In this document: piece by piece, positions 12,776 to 24,399 of the stretch
Numbering within the stretch: the first letter of the stretch is position 1
How the letters are laid out: each line of letters starts with the position of its first letter
Assembly (NCBI RefSeq): GCF_006345805.1
Contig: NC_043020.1
Coordinates: 25,110,001 to 25,174,000 of the forward strand
From: Octopus sinensis
Taxonomy: Eukaryota
Direction: 5' to 3'
Length of the DNA stretch: 64,000 bases
Notes under the pieces: model-generated
Told to the model about the DNA's origin: nothing
What the model saw: the letters and a program-made list of their open reading frames with translations, nothing else
Database searches by the model: none
Made by a program: the position numbers and the translations under genes

Positions 12776-15026
12776 TGTTTCTTTATTAGCCACATAGGGC
12801 TGCACACAGAATATAGAATTTTTTTAAAGATACTTTTGGAACCCCCCAACAGCATTTGGAAAGAGGGCTTTGAGTGTGTGGTGTTGTGTTTGTGTGATGT
12901 GGAGTATTTTGATGTGTTCTGGTGGTGTAGTGCGTGGATGGTTGTTAGTTTTGAAGTCATCTTCACAGATGTTTGTGTGGGCTGTGATGTACTTCACTAG
13001 TTTTGAGTCTTTGGTGTCTATCGCTGATAGTATTGTGTTTTTGTGGTGTTGGTGCTGGTTTGGTTGTGTGAGGAGCTTTCAGGGTTCAGATATCTCCCTG
13101 CTTTGGTTGCATTTTCTTGTTTGCTTTTTTTTATCTTTTTCTTTTACTCCCGGTGGCTATTTGCCACTCTGTCGAACTTTCGTCGTTAGACGAAGAGTCT
13201 GACGAATCAGAATGGGGTAAAGACAAAGCATTTGGATCTATATGTGTTTTTGTAGAAGGTGTTGTTGTTTTGTGTGGTGTTTGTGTTGTTGGGGTATTAG
13301 GGGCAGAATTTGTCTTTTCGTCATTGTTATTTGTTTTCTTGGTTGTTGTTCTTGGTGTTGGTATTGGTGTTGGTCTGTCTTTTGATGTTGGTGGTGATGT
13401 TGTTTCTCTTGTTGGTTGCGATGTCGAAGGTAATTCTCTTCTTGGTGATGTGGTTGGTGAAGGGGAAGCAGTTTTTGTGTCGTCCGCTGTTTCTCCTGTC
13501 TTTTGGGTTGAAGGTGGTGTGGGTAGCAGGAGTTTTCTTCCAGGTTTTGGGAGTGGTTGCTGTTGCTGTTGCCTGTTTCTGACAGCAGTTGGGCACTCAT
13601 ATCTGAGGTGTGCCTCACTGTTGCACAAATAGCATCTTGGCCTCCTGCCCTCCACCACTACATACAATTTCTGGTCTTTTGCCAGTTGAACACTGGTTGG
13701 TAAATTGTTTATTGCTTCTTGGGAGATTTGAAGCAATATTTCGAGCTTTTTACCAGTCCAGCTTTCCTCTGGAATGTCAGCTATTTCTAAAATATCTGCT
13801 TCTTCTATATCGAAGCAGATGGCCGATACCAACCACTGGGTATCCACTACTGGAGGCACATTGTTTATTGTTACTTTCATTACACTGCGCCCAAGGTAGC
13901 TAGGTACCATTGTTACCTGGTCTGTGCGCAGAGTAAGCGTTGAAAACTTTTTTGCTAGTTCTTCCGTATGGAAGCGAACTTGCACGGTAGCAAATTTGGT
14001 TCCCCAATTTACATAATCTCGGGATTTCCACACGGAAAGAGGCACTTCTCAATCTTTTCTGTAGGTGGACTTTCTGGTCTTTTTGTTTTGGTGTTGAGTA
14101 TTTTGTAGATGATGGTCTTCTTTCGTGTCTCTTCTATAATTTTTCGTGGAATATTTAAATGCATTGTGTCGCCTTCTTTGGTGAGTTAGGACTTTGTGTC
14201 TTGTATTTGTCGGTGGGTAAATTTTAGGATTCTTCTTTTCGGTCGTGCTGCTTCCACAAAATTCGTCTTGTTTTTTGTGGAAGTGGTGGTCGTGGTCGTG
14301 GTGATCGTGGTGTTGGTGGTGATGTTAGTGACAGAGTCGTTCGTAGTAGTAGTAGTGGGATTGTTTACCAGTTTTTGAGTGGAGGTCGCGATGTTAGCGT
14401 TCATGCTCACATTTGTGTTCGTGTTGTTTTTCCCCATTTCCCCTCCTTCATGAAATTGTGGTGAGAGAAGTATTGAGAAATCAACGTCGAAAGCGTTGTC
14501 AAGGAGGGTGTCGTTTTTGATGGTGGAATCATTGGTTGCGGTGACGGGGATTGGCCTTACGACCTTGGTTTTGTTGTTGTTGGTAGTGGTATCGTTAGCG
14601 GAGGAAGCAGTTGTAGTAGCAGAAGCTGCCATGGTGGTGGTGTCAATGTTGATGGTGGAATCATTGGCGGCGGTGACGGTGGACGGCCTGGTTTTGTAGT
14701 TGTTGCTGTTGTTGATGTTGATGGTGGTGGTGGTGTTAGTAGCGTTCAAACTGTCAGGTTCAGCGTATGGTGACAGGGAATCCTGCTCTTTTGTTTCGGC
14801 GTCATGCTTGACTTGCGCCTCGGCCTCGTGGTGACCAGTAGCTATTTTTGAAAATAAAAATGGCTAGAAAAACCACGAAGCCTTTGAGAATTTTTTAAAA
14901 TTTTGCCCACAAATGGCAAAATTTTGTGTGGATGTTAATGAAAGTATGTTTGACGATCAACAATTTTAAACGTAGAAAACTACCAACTTACGTGGGGCAC
15001 ATTTGACTTGCGTCTGTCCAGTTGGA
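12774..15026 (-). mobile_element. ORF1-only (HAL1-like) non-autonomous Tx1/L1-type element, ~2.25 kb, bounded by (TCTA)n on both sides
   Basis: Layout: 5' UTR, then frameshifted ORF1 (low-complexity N-terminus 14186-14850; RRM-like and CX2CX4HX4C knuckle CYLCNSEAHLRYEC in 13131-14045; further frame to ~12826), then tail CTGTGTGCAGCCCTATGTGGCTAATAAAGAAACATA(TCTA)n. No APE or RT sequence between ORF1 and the tail. Confidence 0.8.
13131..14045 (-). CDS. ORF1/gag-like protein segment of Tx1/L1-type element (RRM-like + CCHC zinc knuckle + Thr/Pro-rich tail); part of a frameshifted longer ORF
   Basis: VQVRFHTEELAKKF...KVTINNVPP...VVVEGRRPRCYLCNSEAHLRYECP is the RRM-RRM-CCHC arrangement of Tx1-clade ORF1/ZCCHC3-like proteins. 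Confidence 0.7.
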   Translation of the reverse strand: MPLSVWKSRDYVNWGTKFATVQVRFHTEELAKKFSTLTLRTDQVTMVPSYLGRSVMKVTINNVPPVVDTQWLVSAICFDIEEADILEIADIPEESWTGKKLEILLQISQEAINNLPTSVQLAKDQKLYVVVEGRRPRCYLCNSEAHLRYECPTAVRNRQQQQQPLPKPGRKLLLPTPPSTQKTGETADDTKTASPSPTTSPRRELPSTSQPTRETTSPPTSKDRPTPIPTPRTTTKKTNNNDEKTNSAPNTPTTQTPHKTTTPSTKTHIDPNALSLPHSDSSDSSSNDESSTEWQIATGSKRKR

Positions 15027-15053
15027 GATAGATAGATAGATAGATAGACAGAC

Positions 15054-15112
<59 letters not shown>

Positions 15113-15114
15113 GG

Positions 15115-15164
<50 letters not shown>

Positions 15165-15166
<2 letters not shown>

Positions 15167-17689
15167 TGTTTCTTTATTAGCCTCACAGGGCTGCACACAG
15201 ACAGGACAAAATTACAAGGTAGAGCTTTCCTTTTGGGGGTAAAAGAATGGGGTTTGGTTTTCGATCAAAAGGGATCGTAAATGGAAAGAAAGAGGACAAA
15301 AAAGGGGGGGATAAAATAAAATTAGAAATAAGGAAAAATTTGATCAATAGGGATCGTTATCACAGAAATGTCAATATGAAGTGTAAAGGGGAAGACAGGT
15401 GAGGTTTACCCGTGGAAAGAAAAGCCTACGGAAAAGACCACGATAACCTCGGTCAATGAAGTCACATGTTATATTTTTTTTTTGCAAATAAGCAACTCTC
15501 TGTATTAATTTTTACGGTTCATAGAATCATAGTCAAGGTAGCTTCGTCATTCATACGTGCCATCCTTGCTACATTCACCCATCTATTTTTAAAACATTCA
15601 CTAGACAAAACTTGCCTCTCTACTCTCACTTTCCTCTTCAAGTGATACTTGAAGAAGTTGATGAGAGATGGACCAGAGAGGAAAGTGTTTGTCTCTAATC
15701 CTTTCAGGCACGTCCACCAGATACTTTCTTTCGCCATAGCCACAAGTATGATGAAAATAGCTCTTCCTTCCCGTTTGAAGGAAGGAGGCGTGACGATATT
15801 AACGATAGTCTCGGCTGATAAACCGACACGTCCCACACGTGACAGCAGTCGTTCGACATAAGTCCACAGGTCGGAGATTGTTGGACACTGCACGATTGCG
15901 TGCAGAGCGGTTTCGTCGCTCTGACAACATCTCGGGCAGGTCGGCCCCGTGTTTCTCAGGCCATGCCTATAGAGCTTATCCCGAACGGGTAGCGCATCTC
16001 GGTAGCACCACCAGGCCAGGGATCTCTGGAAGTTGTCCATAGGTCCCGGCCCGAAAGTCGTCTCAAACAGGCGGGTCCGGTATTCCTTTTCGACGCCCAG
16101 GTTTGCCCCAAGATCGTCGTCGTACCTCCCCTCCACTAAACCCCTATAGAATGCTTTGGTTGTGTTGAAGTCACGGGACGGCAGAGTTGCTTGAGAGCAA
16201 AGTGACACTCGCGGTGCCATTCGCCCTTCCTCGGCCTCTTTTTGATCTACGACTGCAGTTCTGTCATGGAGACGAGCTGCGGGAAAACGTGCCTCACAAA
16301 CGGCGGCCACACCTGTTCACCGTCGTCTACATAAAGCCGGAGATGTCGCAGTCTCAGCGCGTGTCTGCGCATCATCAACCATGGCATGACCAGCCCTCTT
16401 TTTGACGGGAGTTGACAGAAAATGGATCGCCTGACCATCGTGATGCATCCTTTCCACAAGAAGCGAAAGAGAATGCGTTGTAGTTTGGTGATGGTAGGGT
16501 CGGGACAAGGTACGACGGTCAGGCGGTTGTAGATGATGGACGTGATGTACGTGTTCGACACCTCCGCCCGACCTTTTAGGGACAGTTCCCTCTCGGCCCA
16601 TTGCTGGGCGAGAGTGACCACCCTACTCGTTATCTCGTTCCAGTTCTTCTCCATTTGGAGGTCCGGACCGAACCAGACCCCGAGCAACTCAACCGGGCTG
16701 TCCGTCCAGCGTCCCACGACGGAGGTACTGGTGGACGGCATGGGCTTGCTTCTCCAGGTGCCGAGCCACAAGCCCACTGACTTTTCCCGGTTGATTTTCG
16801 CTCCTGTCACCGCTTCGTAGTCTTTCAGTGTCTCGCCGACCAGCTCGATGTGCTCGTGGCTAGACACTATGACGGTGACGTCGTCCGCGTATGCAGACAC
16901 GCTCGTCCCGCATCCTAATTCTCGCGGGATGCCCCTCAGAGTCGCCAGCTTCCGCAGTAGTGGCTCGAGAGTCAATACGTATAGAAGCGCCGAGAGGCGT
17001 GCACTGTCCGAAAGGTTTCGATAGATGTCCATTTACGCGAATTACCGAACGGATGCCTCTGTACAAGGCAGCTATCCAGCCGCGGAAGACAGGACCGAAA
17101 CCAGCCGCTATCAGGACTGCCTCCAAGTATCGATGGTCTACCCTATCGAAGGCTTTCGATTGATCCAAGTTGATCAGGGCCCCACCCATGCCAGGTTCCT
17201 TAACTACTCTGTCTATGATGTAGCGCATCAGATGGAGGTTGTCATGGATGCTCCGGCCCGGCACGGCGCACGTTTGTGCGTTGTCGACCAGTTTCTCGAT
17301 GACAAGCGCCAACCTCTTGGCTAACACCTTGGTCAAAATTTTCAGGTCTGCATTGAGCAGAGTGATTGGTCTAAAGTTATCTATAATGTTCCCCTTGTTT
17401 GGATCTTTCTTCAGCAGTGTTACGGCTCCTCGACTCACAAAACCGTGTATGCTCCCGTTTTGCTGCCAGTTGCAGTATACCGCTGCCAAGACTTCTCCGA
17501 ACAAGTCTGGCATACAATTGTAAAACTCGTAGGGCAGACCATCCAAACCCGGCGATTTGTCTCTCAGAGATTCTGCCATTGCGTCCCGCACATCCGCCGC
17601 CGTGATGGCACCTTCGTATGACTCTGCCTCTCTTGCCGAGAGTCGTGGTAGGCTGTGCAGGTAGGCACTGAAGTCCACCCTGCGTTCAC

Positions 17690-17690
<1 letters not shown>
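15165..17690 (-). mobile_element. 5'-truncated Tx1/L1-clade non-LTR retrotransposon (RT + C-terminal CCHC), inserted within (TCTA)n
   Basis: ORF pieces 16860-17690, 16247-17032 and 15519-16310 carry KSPGLDGLP, NFRPITLLNADLKIL, LDQSKAFDRVDH, LSALLYVLTLEPLL, AYADDV, ELLGVWFG and CPRCCQSDETALHAIVQC. The 3' UTR ends CTGTGTGCAGCCCTGTGAGGCTAATAAAGAAACATA(TCTA)n. The 5' junction abuts (TCTA)n at 17691. Confidence 0.92.
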
Positions 17691-17776
<86 letters not shown>

Positions 17777-18059
17777 AATAGACATGATTCGCAGTCGACT
17801 GATCATGTCTGAAAATTAATATATAATGCTGTACATGCCTGAGGGTTTGTGCTGTAACCTTGGAAAGTCTGCCGTCCATTACCAGCAAAAATATATGCCA
17901 AGTCGGCAAGCAAACATTTATTATGGGGGGAGGAAGAAGAAGAAGAAGAAGAAGAAGAAGAAGAAGAAGAAGAAGAAGAAGAAGAAGAAGAAGAAGAAGA
18001 AGAAGAAGAAGAAGAAGAAGAAGAAGAAGAAGAAGAAGAAGAAGAAGAAGAAGAATTTC

Positions 18060-18265
18060 TACTATAGGAATAAGGCTTGAAATTTGGGGGAAGGTGACAG
18101 TCGATTTCATCGACTCCTGTGTTTCACTGGTACGTAATTTATCGACCCCGAAAGGATGAAAGAGAAATTCGACCTCGGCGCTATTTGAACTCAGAATGTT
18201 GCGGCAGACGAAATACTGCTAAGCATTCCGCCCGGCGTGCCAACGTTTCTGCCAGCTCGCTACCT
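18060..18265 (-). mobile_element. tRNA-derived SINE family B (other copies ~34215-34420-, 39745-39830+, 41885-42080-, 63590-63790+)
   Basis: Minus strand reads GCGAGCTGGCAGAAACGTTGGCACG..TTCTGAGTTCAAATAGCGCCGAGGTCGA..TCATCCTTTCGGGGTCGATAAATTA, repeated across copies. Confidence 0.75.
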
Positions 18266-18297
18266 TAATAATAATGATGATGATGCTGATGATAATG

Positions 18298-18328
<31 letters not shown>

Positions 18329-18397
18329 AATAATAATAATAATAATAATAATATTAATAATAATAATAATAATAATAATAATGATGATGATGATGAT

Positions 18398-18482
<85 letters not shown>

Positions 18483-18511
18483 TAATAATAATAATAATAA
18501 TAATAATAATA

Positions 18512-21500
18512 GGAGAACACCGGGGACGTTTAAGATGTAAGAAGGAAAATACAGAGCTCCGAAATCTATCCACAAACATCGAAAACAAGGACACCCTATG
18601 GAGCCAAAGATTTACTAACAAAGAATTGGACTATATCCGAGTAAGTAATACTAATTGAAATTTATTACTATTTTCGAAACGAAATGATGTATTTTGACTC
18701 GATATTATCTCCACCTCTAACACAACACATGTAAACATGCGTGGAACAACACGATCATCCCCGACCTCAAACACCATGTACAAAGGAACTACGAAGAAAT
18801 TAAATGCCACCGTACTATTCAACCCAAGAATAACAATCGAGCGGTACGTACATTAAACCTACAACAAAAAATGTACGAAAAACTACACGTGCGAATAATG
18901 TGACAACAGAAATAAACGGACCGGTACCCTACGAAAATGACGACCGTCAAAATAATGGGCCGGACGTTGTACCTCATGTCCCGCAAATAAAACCCAAAAG
19001 ACGTAAATGGACACGTGAGGAATACATTTCTATCTTACACGCATACTTCACAGCAATGCTCTACCCACAAAATGAAAATACAACAACACATACATATAAA
19101 ATATGGAAGGAAAATAATAGAGATATAGACTTGGATACAGCAATGAACCCTAATAAATTAGCTAACGTACGAAGATACATTCTCAAAGCCAAACATATAT
19201 CAGAAATAGAAATAGAACATTTAAAAGAAAAAATACACCAGGAAAATGTAGATAGAAGCCACACAACAATGCCCAATAATATAAACACTGAAACTGTAAA
19301 ACACGAAGACAAACGCAACATTACCAACAAACACGATGTAAACAACGAAGGGGAGCCTAATGATTATGATAATATAAAAAATAAAATAATCAAAGAACTT
19401 AAAACACAGAGCCCAAAATGGACCACCGACCATACCTCCCAAGAATAAAAAAAACGCAATAACAACACCAATTATAAACAACATAAACCTAGCCGTCACT
19501 GAACTAGCCACTGAAACAAAAAAAAGTGATATCACTGAACTAAATGACTTGATATACGCAGCAGCCACTGCAGCCACAAAAGAAGCTGGATACTCACCCA
19601 AACCCGCCCAAACAGGAGTACCACCACCTAAACAAACCCTGTGGATAAATAACATCCAAAACAAAATTTAAAAAATTAGAAAAGACCTGTCGATTCTTAA
19701 TGAAATCAGCAAACAAGCAACGCTACTGAGCAACAAAAAGAGAACAAAAATGCTCCGCAAATATAACATCACAGAAAAAGATTTGCCGGAGATAAAAGAA
19801 AAGCTGAAGCAAGATATCCTGCCAAAGCTCAAAGGATCCGCCGGTACGAGAAACGCCAACGCTTCTTTGAACAGAACAAAAAGTTCAACTCCGACCCCAA
19901 AAAGTTCTACCAAGAACTGGGCAAAAATAAAATAGAAGTCACTGCAGCACCAACGGCAGAAGAATTGGAAGAATTCTGGAGAGGAATATGGTCGGCGAAC
20001 GAACAGCCAAAAAAAAGGAGTATGAAAATAACAAACTCGGCATCTGAACAACCTTGGACCCCCATAACAACTGAAGATGTCACCCAGGCACTGCAAAAAC
20101 TAAGCAACTGGAAGGCACCTGGGCATGACAAGATCCCCAACTTCTGGTTGAAATATCTAACAGGAATGCACAAAAAGCTGGCTGAAAACTTTAACAGCAT
20201 ACTAGCAGAGCCAGAGACAATACCTGAATGGCTCACGAAGGGGAAAACCATCTTAATTCCCAAATCAAATGAAACAACAAAACCAGAAAACTACAGACCA
20301 ATAACCTGCCTTCCTACTATGTTCAAGGCATTTACTGCAGTGATATCACAAAGGCTGAACAAGCACCTGGACGAAAACAAACTGTTCCCAGAAGAGCAGA
20401 AAGGATGCCGCAAAGGCTCATATGGCTGTAAAGATCAACTAATGATTAATAAAGCCGTAACTGAAGACAGCCACAGAAAGAAGAAAGGCCTCAGTATGGC
20501 CTGGATTGACTACAAAAAGGCGTTTGATAGCATCCCCCACACATGGATCCTCGAAACACTAGCCATTAACAAAGTAGCACCAACAATCATAAAATTCATA
20601 GAGCACTCTATGAATAAATGGCAAACAGTCCTACACCTCCAAACAAAAGAGGGACTCATGAAAACCAAAGACATCCCCATTAGAAGAGGAATATTCCAGG
20701 GAGACACGCTCTCTCCACCTTTTCTTTCGCTTGGCACTGTCACCTCTATCTGATATGCTAAATAGAACTGGATGCGGATATAAATGTTACGGCAAAACGA
20801 TCAGCCACCTTTTATATATGGATGACCTAAAACTATACGCTGCAAATGACAAACAGCTGGAAACACTATTAAAGACAGTTCATGGATTTACCAAAGAAAT
20901 AGATATGAAATTTGGATTAGAAAAATGCGCCAAAGTAACCATGAAAAGAGGAAAACTAGTTAAGAGTAACAACATCACACTAGATAAAACCAATGAAATA
21001 AAAGAATTAGACCAAAGCCAAACTTACAAATACTTAGGAATCCATGAACTAGATAAGACACAACACACACAAATGAAAGAGAAAATAAAAAAAGAATATT
21101 ATAGACGAGTTAGATCAATACTAAAAACAGAGCTCAATGCTAAAAACAAGATAATAGGTATCAACACTTTAGCTGTCCCAGTTATAAGTTACAGCTACAA
21201 TATCCTTAACTGGACACGAAATGAACTGTCCAAAATAGATAGGAAAACAAGAAAAATACTGACAGGATCTAGGATGCATCACCCAAAATCTGACATAGAA
21301 AGACTATATATACAACGTATAGAAGGTGGTAGAGGCCTTATACAGCTGGAAAACTACTATAAAATAACAACCATGGGACTGCAAAAATACCTACTTCAGA
21401 AGGAAGGAAAACTGATCCGGATAGCAGCAAAACACGAGCAAAACAAAAAACTGTTCTCAGTATTTAAGGATGCTGACAAATACAAACAAGAAATCATACC

Positions 21501-22471
21501 ACCTAATAAACACAAAGAAGAAGAAGAAGATGATGAAGAAACAACAAAAGCTATAAAACAAATGAAATCCAAACTAAAAATAGAACAGCAACGAGCCATG
21601 ATAAAACGATGGCAAGAAAAGCCCCTTCATGGTAAATACTGCACTAAACTAAACGCAAAGAAAATAGACAAAGAAAAATCCCAGCAATGGTTGAGAAGTT
21701 CAGGACTCAAAGCAGAAACAGAGGGATTTTTAATTGCAGCACAAGACCAAAGCCTCCCCACCAGAAATTACCAAAAACATGTAATGAAAAGAAATATTAC
21801 AAGTAACTGCAGAATATGTGGAGATGGACAAGAAACAATAAATCATTATATCTCTAGCTGCCCAGTCCTGGCTAAGAAGGAATATATTCACAGACATGAC
21901 AGAGTTGGAACCTACATACATTGGAAGCTATGCCAACATTATGGAATAACAACAGAAAAAAGATGGTATAGGCACACACCAGAAAAGGTCACAGAAAACG
22001 AGAAAGCAACCATACTCTGGGATATGCCGATACACACAGATAGAGAAATTAAGGCCAACAGACCAGATATAGTTGTCAGAGTTCATGAAGAAAAAAAATG
22101 CTTTCTAATTGATGTATCAATACCGGCAGATGACAACGTGTCTCTAAAAGAAATGGAGAAACTCTCAAAATACAAAGACCTGGAAATAGAGGTAACTAGA
22201 ATGTGGAACCTGAAAACAGAAACAATTCCTATCATAGTAGGTGCATTAGGCATGATAAAAAAATATTCAGACAAATACATAACAAAAACACCAGGACTTA
22301 CAAACACATATAACATACAGAAAATTGCACTACTAGGCACTGCACACATCCTACGCAGAACACTTTCCATACAATAACCATCAGAGCATCACAACAAATC
22401 ACAGCACATACCCAAGGCACACAGAGCTGCGCTCGGTAGTGAAGTGAAAGCACGCTATAAAAATAAAACTA

Positions 22472-22474
<3 letters not shown>
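18512..22474 (+). mobile_element. Near full-length R4/Dong-clade non-LTR retrotransposon (RT + CCHC + restriction-like endonuclease) in (TAA)n
   Basis: ORF pieces 18900-19448 (RRKWTREE..NKLANVRRYI), 19965-20753 (WKAPGHDKI, NYRPITCL, WIDYKKAFDSIPH, GIFQGDTLSP) and 20731-22377 (HLLYMDDLKL, CRICGDGQETINHYISSC, RPDIVV..LIDVSIP..EKLSKY, PIIVGALG). (AAT)n tracts on both flanks. Only a few stops and frameshifts. Confidence 0.95.
20731..22377 (+). pseudogene. C-terminal part of Dong/R4 ORF (RT motifs 5-9, CCHC finger, PD-(D/E)xK RLE)
   Basis: 548-codon open frame with YMDD, CX2CX7HX4C and RPD..D motifs, separated from the upstream RT by a frameshift at ~20720. Confidence 0.9.
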
Positions 22475-22539
<65 letters not shown>

Positions 22540-22559
22540 TGATGATGATGATGATATGA

Positions 22560-23000
22560 CTGTCCCAATCGATATAAACGTATCTGTCAAAACTTACCAA
22601 AAACTGAGCAAATCTTGAAATAGAAATCAGCAAAATGTGGAAGCTGAAGACTAAAACAATACCTGTTGTCATAGGTGCCCTGGGAATGATAGCGAAAGGG
22701 GCTGATTGCTACCTAACTCAGATACCAGGAAACCCCAAAATGGCAGAAATTCAAAAGATAGTGCTCATAGGAACTGCTCATATTCTACGCAAAATACTCT
22801 CTATGTAATCCCAAGGTTTAAAACAAACTTCTTTTTTTTTAACTATGTATTAGACATTCACTAGTACAACACCTAAAACACCCCCAAATATATGGCACAC
22901 TAGCCATAACAACAACGTGAACTTCCAACATGTTGTCTCTTGAGGTCTCTGGGTGAGACTTGGAGCCAACTTGTACAGACATAAAGCAAATGTCAAACAT

Positions 23001-23003
<3 letters not shown>
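22560..23003 (+). mobile_element. 5'-truncated 3' end of a second R4/Dong family ending in (TAA)n
   Basis: VPIDINVSVKTYQKLSK..LEIEISKMWKLKTKTIPVVIGALGMIAKG..IQKIVLIGTAHILRKILSM*, then a distinct 3' UTR and (AAT)n at 23004-23045. Confidence 0.85.
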
Positions 23004-23034
<31 letters not shown>

Positions 23035-23220
23035 TAATAATAATAATAACAGCAACAACAACAACAATAACAACAACAACAACAACAACAATAATAATTT
23101 TTTTTTGGTTAGATCCATCTCACTAGTCTCTCTTTAAAGGTTTGACTTGCATTTATTTCATTGCTTTATCTTGGCAGAGACTGGCAGAGTATATAATTCC
23201 TGTTGCCTGATGAGTTTATA

Positions 23221-23430
23221 CGAGGGAATGCTGAAAAGTTCCTGGCTTTGGGTAAAAGAAAATACAGGAGTATCAGTTAATTATGATTTTATTCAAAATA
23301 TTTCCCTCTCAGGTTTACACACTTATTGTGCAGCAGCCCTTGAGGTTTTCTAAGCCCTGTAAAAGAACTCGGAAGGTTGAGCCAACGACCAAATCTTTCG
23401 CAATACCAGGAACTTTTCAGCACTCCCTCG
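23221..23430. mobile_element. Mariner-type MITE, 210 bp
   Basis: 25-bp TIRs CGAGGGAATGCTGAAAAGTTCCTGG / CCAGGAACTTTTCAGCACTCCCTCG (1 mismatch), flanked by TA on both sides. Confidence 0.9.
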
Positions 23431-24313
23431 TAGCCTGGGTATAAACTGAGTCGGTCAGTTAAACTCTTGAGTCACATGACATGTCATCACGTGAGAACTC
23501 TTTCCAATTTTTTATGTCGTTTTGTGACAGCTGTTGTTGCTGAAATATTATACTCTTCAGAAGAACAGGTAATTCACTGCAACGTTCCATCTTCTGTACA
23601 ATGTGCAGCATCCTATGCGAACTGCTTATGATGCTGAAACGTCACACAGTCCAGAATGGCCAGAAAGGGACGGCAACATTCTGTCCCCATCGACACATGG
23701 AACAACCTATAAAATAATTGATGCCACTATGATAATAAAATCAACCAGCAGATCTGAAATGATTAATGGACACTTAAAGCCTTTCGCCTAGAAACCATTT
23801 AAAATTTCTTTTATATTCTCTCTTCACTTCCTTCACACATTTGATTATAGAGATATATCCTACACCCTGGAATCTTAGAGTAATGTTGAGTTGTGACATC
23901 AACCAAATACGCTGAACGCCTCTCGCGTTTTTCACTCACTCATCTACATATAATTGTGTGTGTGTGTGTGTTTGTGTGTGTGTGCGCGTGTGTGTGCGTG
24001 TGTGTGTGTGTGTCTTTTCTACCATGTGAATATCAGGTTGAAAACCTCCTTTGGATAGAAAAAAGTCGAAGGCTGTCCGTGGATCTTCAACCTACAGAAA
24101 TTCTAAGGATCGCTTTCCTCCAATGGTAAAATGTTTGTTATGTCCACCAGAGACGTGGGTTCCAGTCACTCGGGCAGTTTTCGACTTCTGCAATTCTATA
24201 TTTACATGACATTATTTATAGCTTCATCTGATGTGCTGCGAGAATCGCTGTACGCAAAACAAATATTTCGTCTTCTCTAGAAAATTAATAATAAAGCTAT
24301 TCTGATATATATG

Positions 24314-24399
<86 letters not shown>

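Noticed and set aside
16860-18110. 416-aa ORF as a single protein with an N-terminal poly-Leu
   Set aside because: The N-terminal part is (TTC)n and (TCTA)n read-through. Only the portion below ~17690 is LINE RT.
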